A stretch of 64,000 bases of DNA from a virus: the IMG/VR virus record IMGVR_UViG_3300021373_000005; one strand, 5' to 3'. The position numbers were made by a program, and so were the translations under genes. Shown here in pieces: positions 62,865 to 64,000 of this stretch. The notes beneath the pieces are model-generated. The model did no database searches. It worked only from the letters and a program-made list of their open reading frames with translations, and was not told the DNA's origin. The first letter of the stretch is position 1, and the number at the start of each line of letters is the position of its first letter.

Positions 62865-64000
62865 ATGGCCAAGCAAACAATTAATATTGGTGTATCGGCG
62901 AATGACGGAACAGGTGATCCGCTTCGTAATGCATTCGATAAAACAAACGATAACTTTAATGAGTTATACCTTGCATTAGGAGGTTCGCAAAACGCAACCG
63001 ACTTATTTGATACAGAAGGTAATTTAGATTTATTGGGTAAACCCCACAAGGTATCATTCTTATATTCAACAGAAGCAGAACTGCTTGCCGTTGACCCAAG
63101 TACTTATCACGGTGCAATCGGACACGCTCATGATACAGGATCTTTATATTACGCTCATGGATCTTGGAGAAAATTATTATCTGATACCTCAGCAGGAACA
63201 ATTACTAATCACACAGACCCACTTAACTCATTTGTATATTCGGCCAATATATTAAATAGTGAAACCGATGGTTATGTTCTTGGAACAAGTGCAAACGGTT
63301 CTTACAGTTGGGTTGAAGCTGGTGGTGGAAGTAGTTTTGGAACTGGAGATGTTGATACACATTTAAATATTTCGGGTGCAAGCTCTAATGATATCTTATC
63401 TTGGGATGGTTCTGATTATGCTTGGATTTCTCAAGCAGGTGGCGGTTCTTATTCTGATAACGATGTAAGTGCTCATTTAAATATAAGTAGTGCACAAGCT
63501 AACGAAGTATTACAATGGAGTGGTTCTGATTATCAATGGGCTGCTTTACCAGCAACATTTGCTACAAGTGATGTTGATACACATCTGAATGTTTCGGGCG
63601 CAGGTACAGGTGAAATACTTAGTTGGGATGGTTCAGACTATGCTTGGATTTCAGCTGGCGGTGGTAGCGGATATACAGATGCTGATGTTAATAATCATTT
63701 AAATCAAGGCACGGCAGGAACTAATGAAGTATTAAGTTGGGATGGTTCTGATTATGCTTGGGTTGCTCAAAGTGGTGGCGGTGGCGGTTCTTCAACACTA
63801 GCCGCTTTAACTGAAGTTAATACAGCAGATCTTGATGTACATGATATGGCATATCCTGCTACAACAGTTCATGTTATGACACCAAACGGTTCAAGTGCAT
63901 ATCGTTCAGATCATTATGGCACAACAGATAATCCAACACTATATGTTAATGCAGGTGAAACAATTGCTTTTGATTTAACTAGTGTTACTGCTTCGCATCC
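62865..64000 (+). CDS. Partial virion structural protein with gp9/gp10-like N-terminus and internal repeats
   Basis: Own translation MAKQTINIGVSANDGTGDPLRNAFDKTNDNFNELY...; open to the window edge; AATAAATA upstream. Confidence 0.8.
   Translation, partial: MAKQTINIGVSANDGTGDPLRNAFDKTNDNFNELYLALGGSQNATDLFDTEGNLDLLGKPHKVSFLYSTEAELLAVDPSTYHGAIGHAHDTGSLYYAHGSWRKLLSDTSAGTITNHTDPLNSFVYSANILNSETDGYVLGTSANGSYSWVEAGGGSSFGTGDVDTHLNISGASSNDILSWDGSDYAWISQAGGGSYSDNDVSAHLNISSAQANEVLQWSGSDYQWAALPATFATSDVDTHLNVSGAGTGEILSWDGSDYAWISAGGGSGYTDADVNNHLNQGTAGTNEVLSWDGSDYAWVAQSGGGGGSSTLAALTEVNTADLDVHDMAYPATTVHVMTPNGSSAYRSDHYGTTDNPTLYVNAGETIAFDLTSVTASH
63348..63765 (+). repeat. Four in-frame ~37-aa repeats (DV..HLN..GA..NE.LSWDGSDYAW)
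   Basis: Repeated TGGGATGGTTCTGATTATGCTTGG-like DNA and matching peptide units. Confidence 0.85.

Noticed and set aside
854-63201. Many short opposite-strand or alternate-frame ORFs in the track (e.g. 854..1120, 10116..10619, 41324..41698, 47496..47903, 50389..50745)
   Set aside because: They lie inside well-supported genes, lack RBS or motifs and look like shadow ORFs
63348-63765. CRISPR-like or DGR-type repeat array
   Set aside because: Repeats are degenerate, in frame and protein-coding; no constant repeat with unique spacers and no reverse transcriptase in the window

Overview
This AT-rich window is a fragment of a large T4-like myophage genome. The host is probably an aquatic non-cyanobacterial bacterium (inference from hemO/pcyX-type bilin genes, def, iscA, hsp20 and peroxiredoxin, with no photosystem genes in the window). 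In order it holds: a leftward replication block (gp41, uvsX, gp32, gp59, gp33); an accessory region with heme oxygenase plus bilin reductase, a lipase/IscA/membrane-protein late operon, many small early ORFs and 3 tRNAs; type II topoisomerase (fused gp39/60 and gp52); two FkbM methyltransferases; gp3, uvsY, uvsW, gp55, gp47, gp46, gp43; an ~8 kb cytosine-modification island; gp45, gp44, gp62, regA, hsp20, peroxiredoxin; and tail/baseplate genes. Early promoters are near-consensus sigma70 (CTATTGACA-N17-TATAAT) and late promoters are T4-type TATAAATA. Top candidates for something new: (1) a cytosine hypermodification island combining an EndoII-like nuclease, dCMP hydroxymethylase, a phosphatase-kinase and cytidylyltransferase donor pathway, a GT-B-like protein and an atypical C5-methyltransferase, where the last two end in the same C-terminal motif as the DNA polymerase, suggesting sliding-clamp tethering; (2) a putative programmed -1 frameshift fusing gp26 to a start-less gp51 just upstream of the tape-measure gene; (3) a gp7-like baseplate protein fused to an esterase with an apparently intact triad. 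All family assignments are from motif recognition by eye; no database searches were run.
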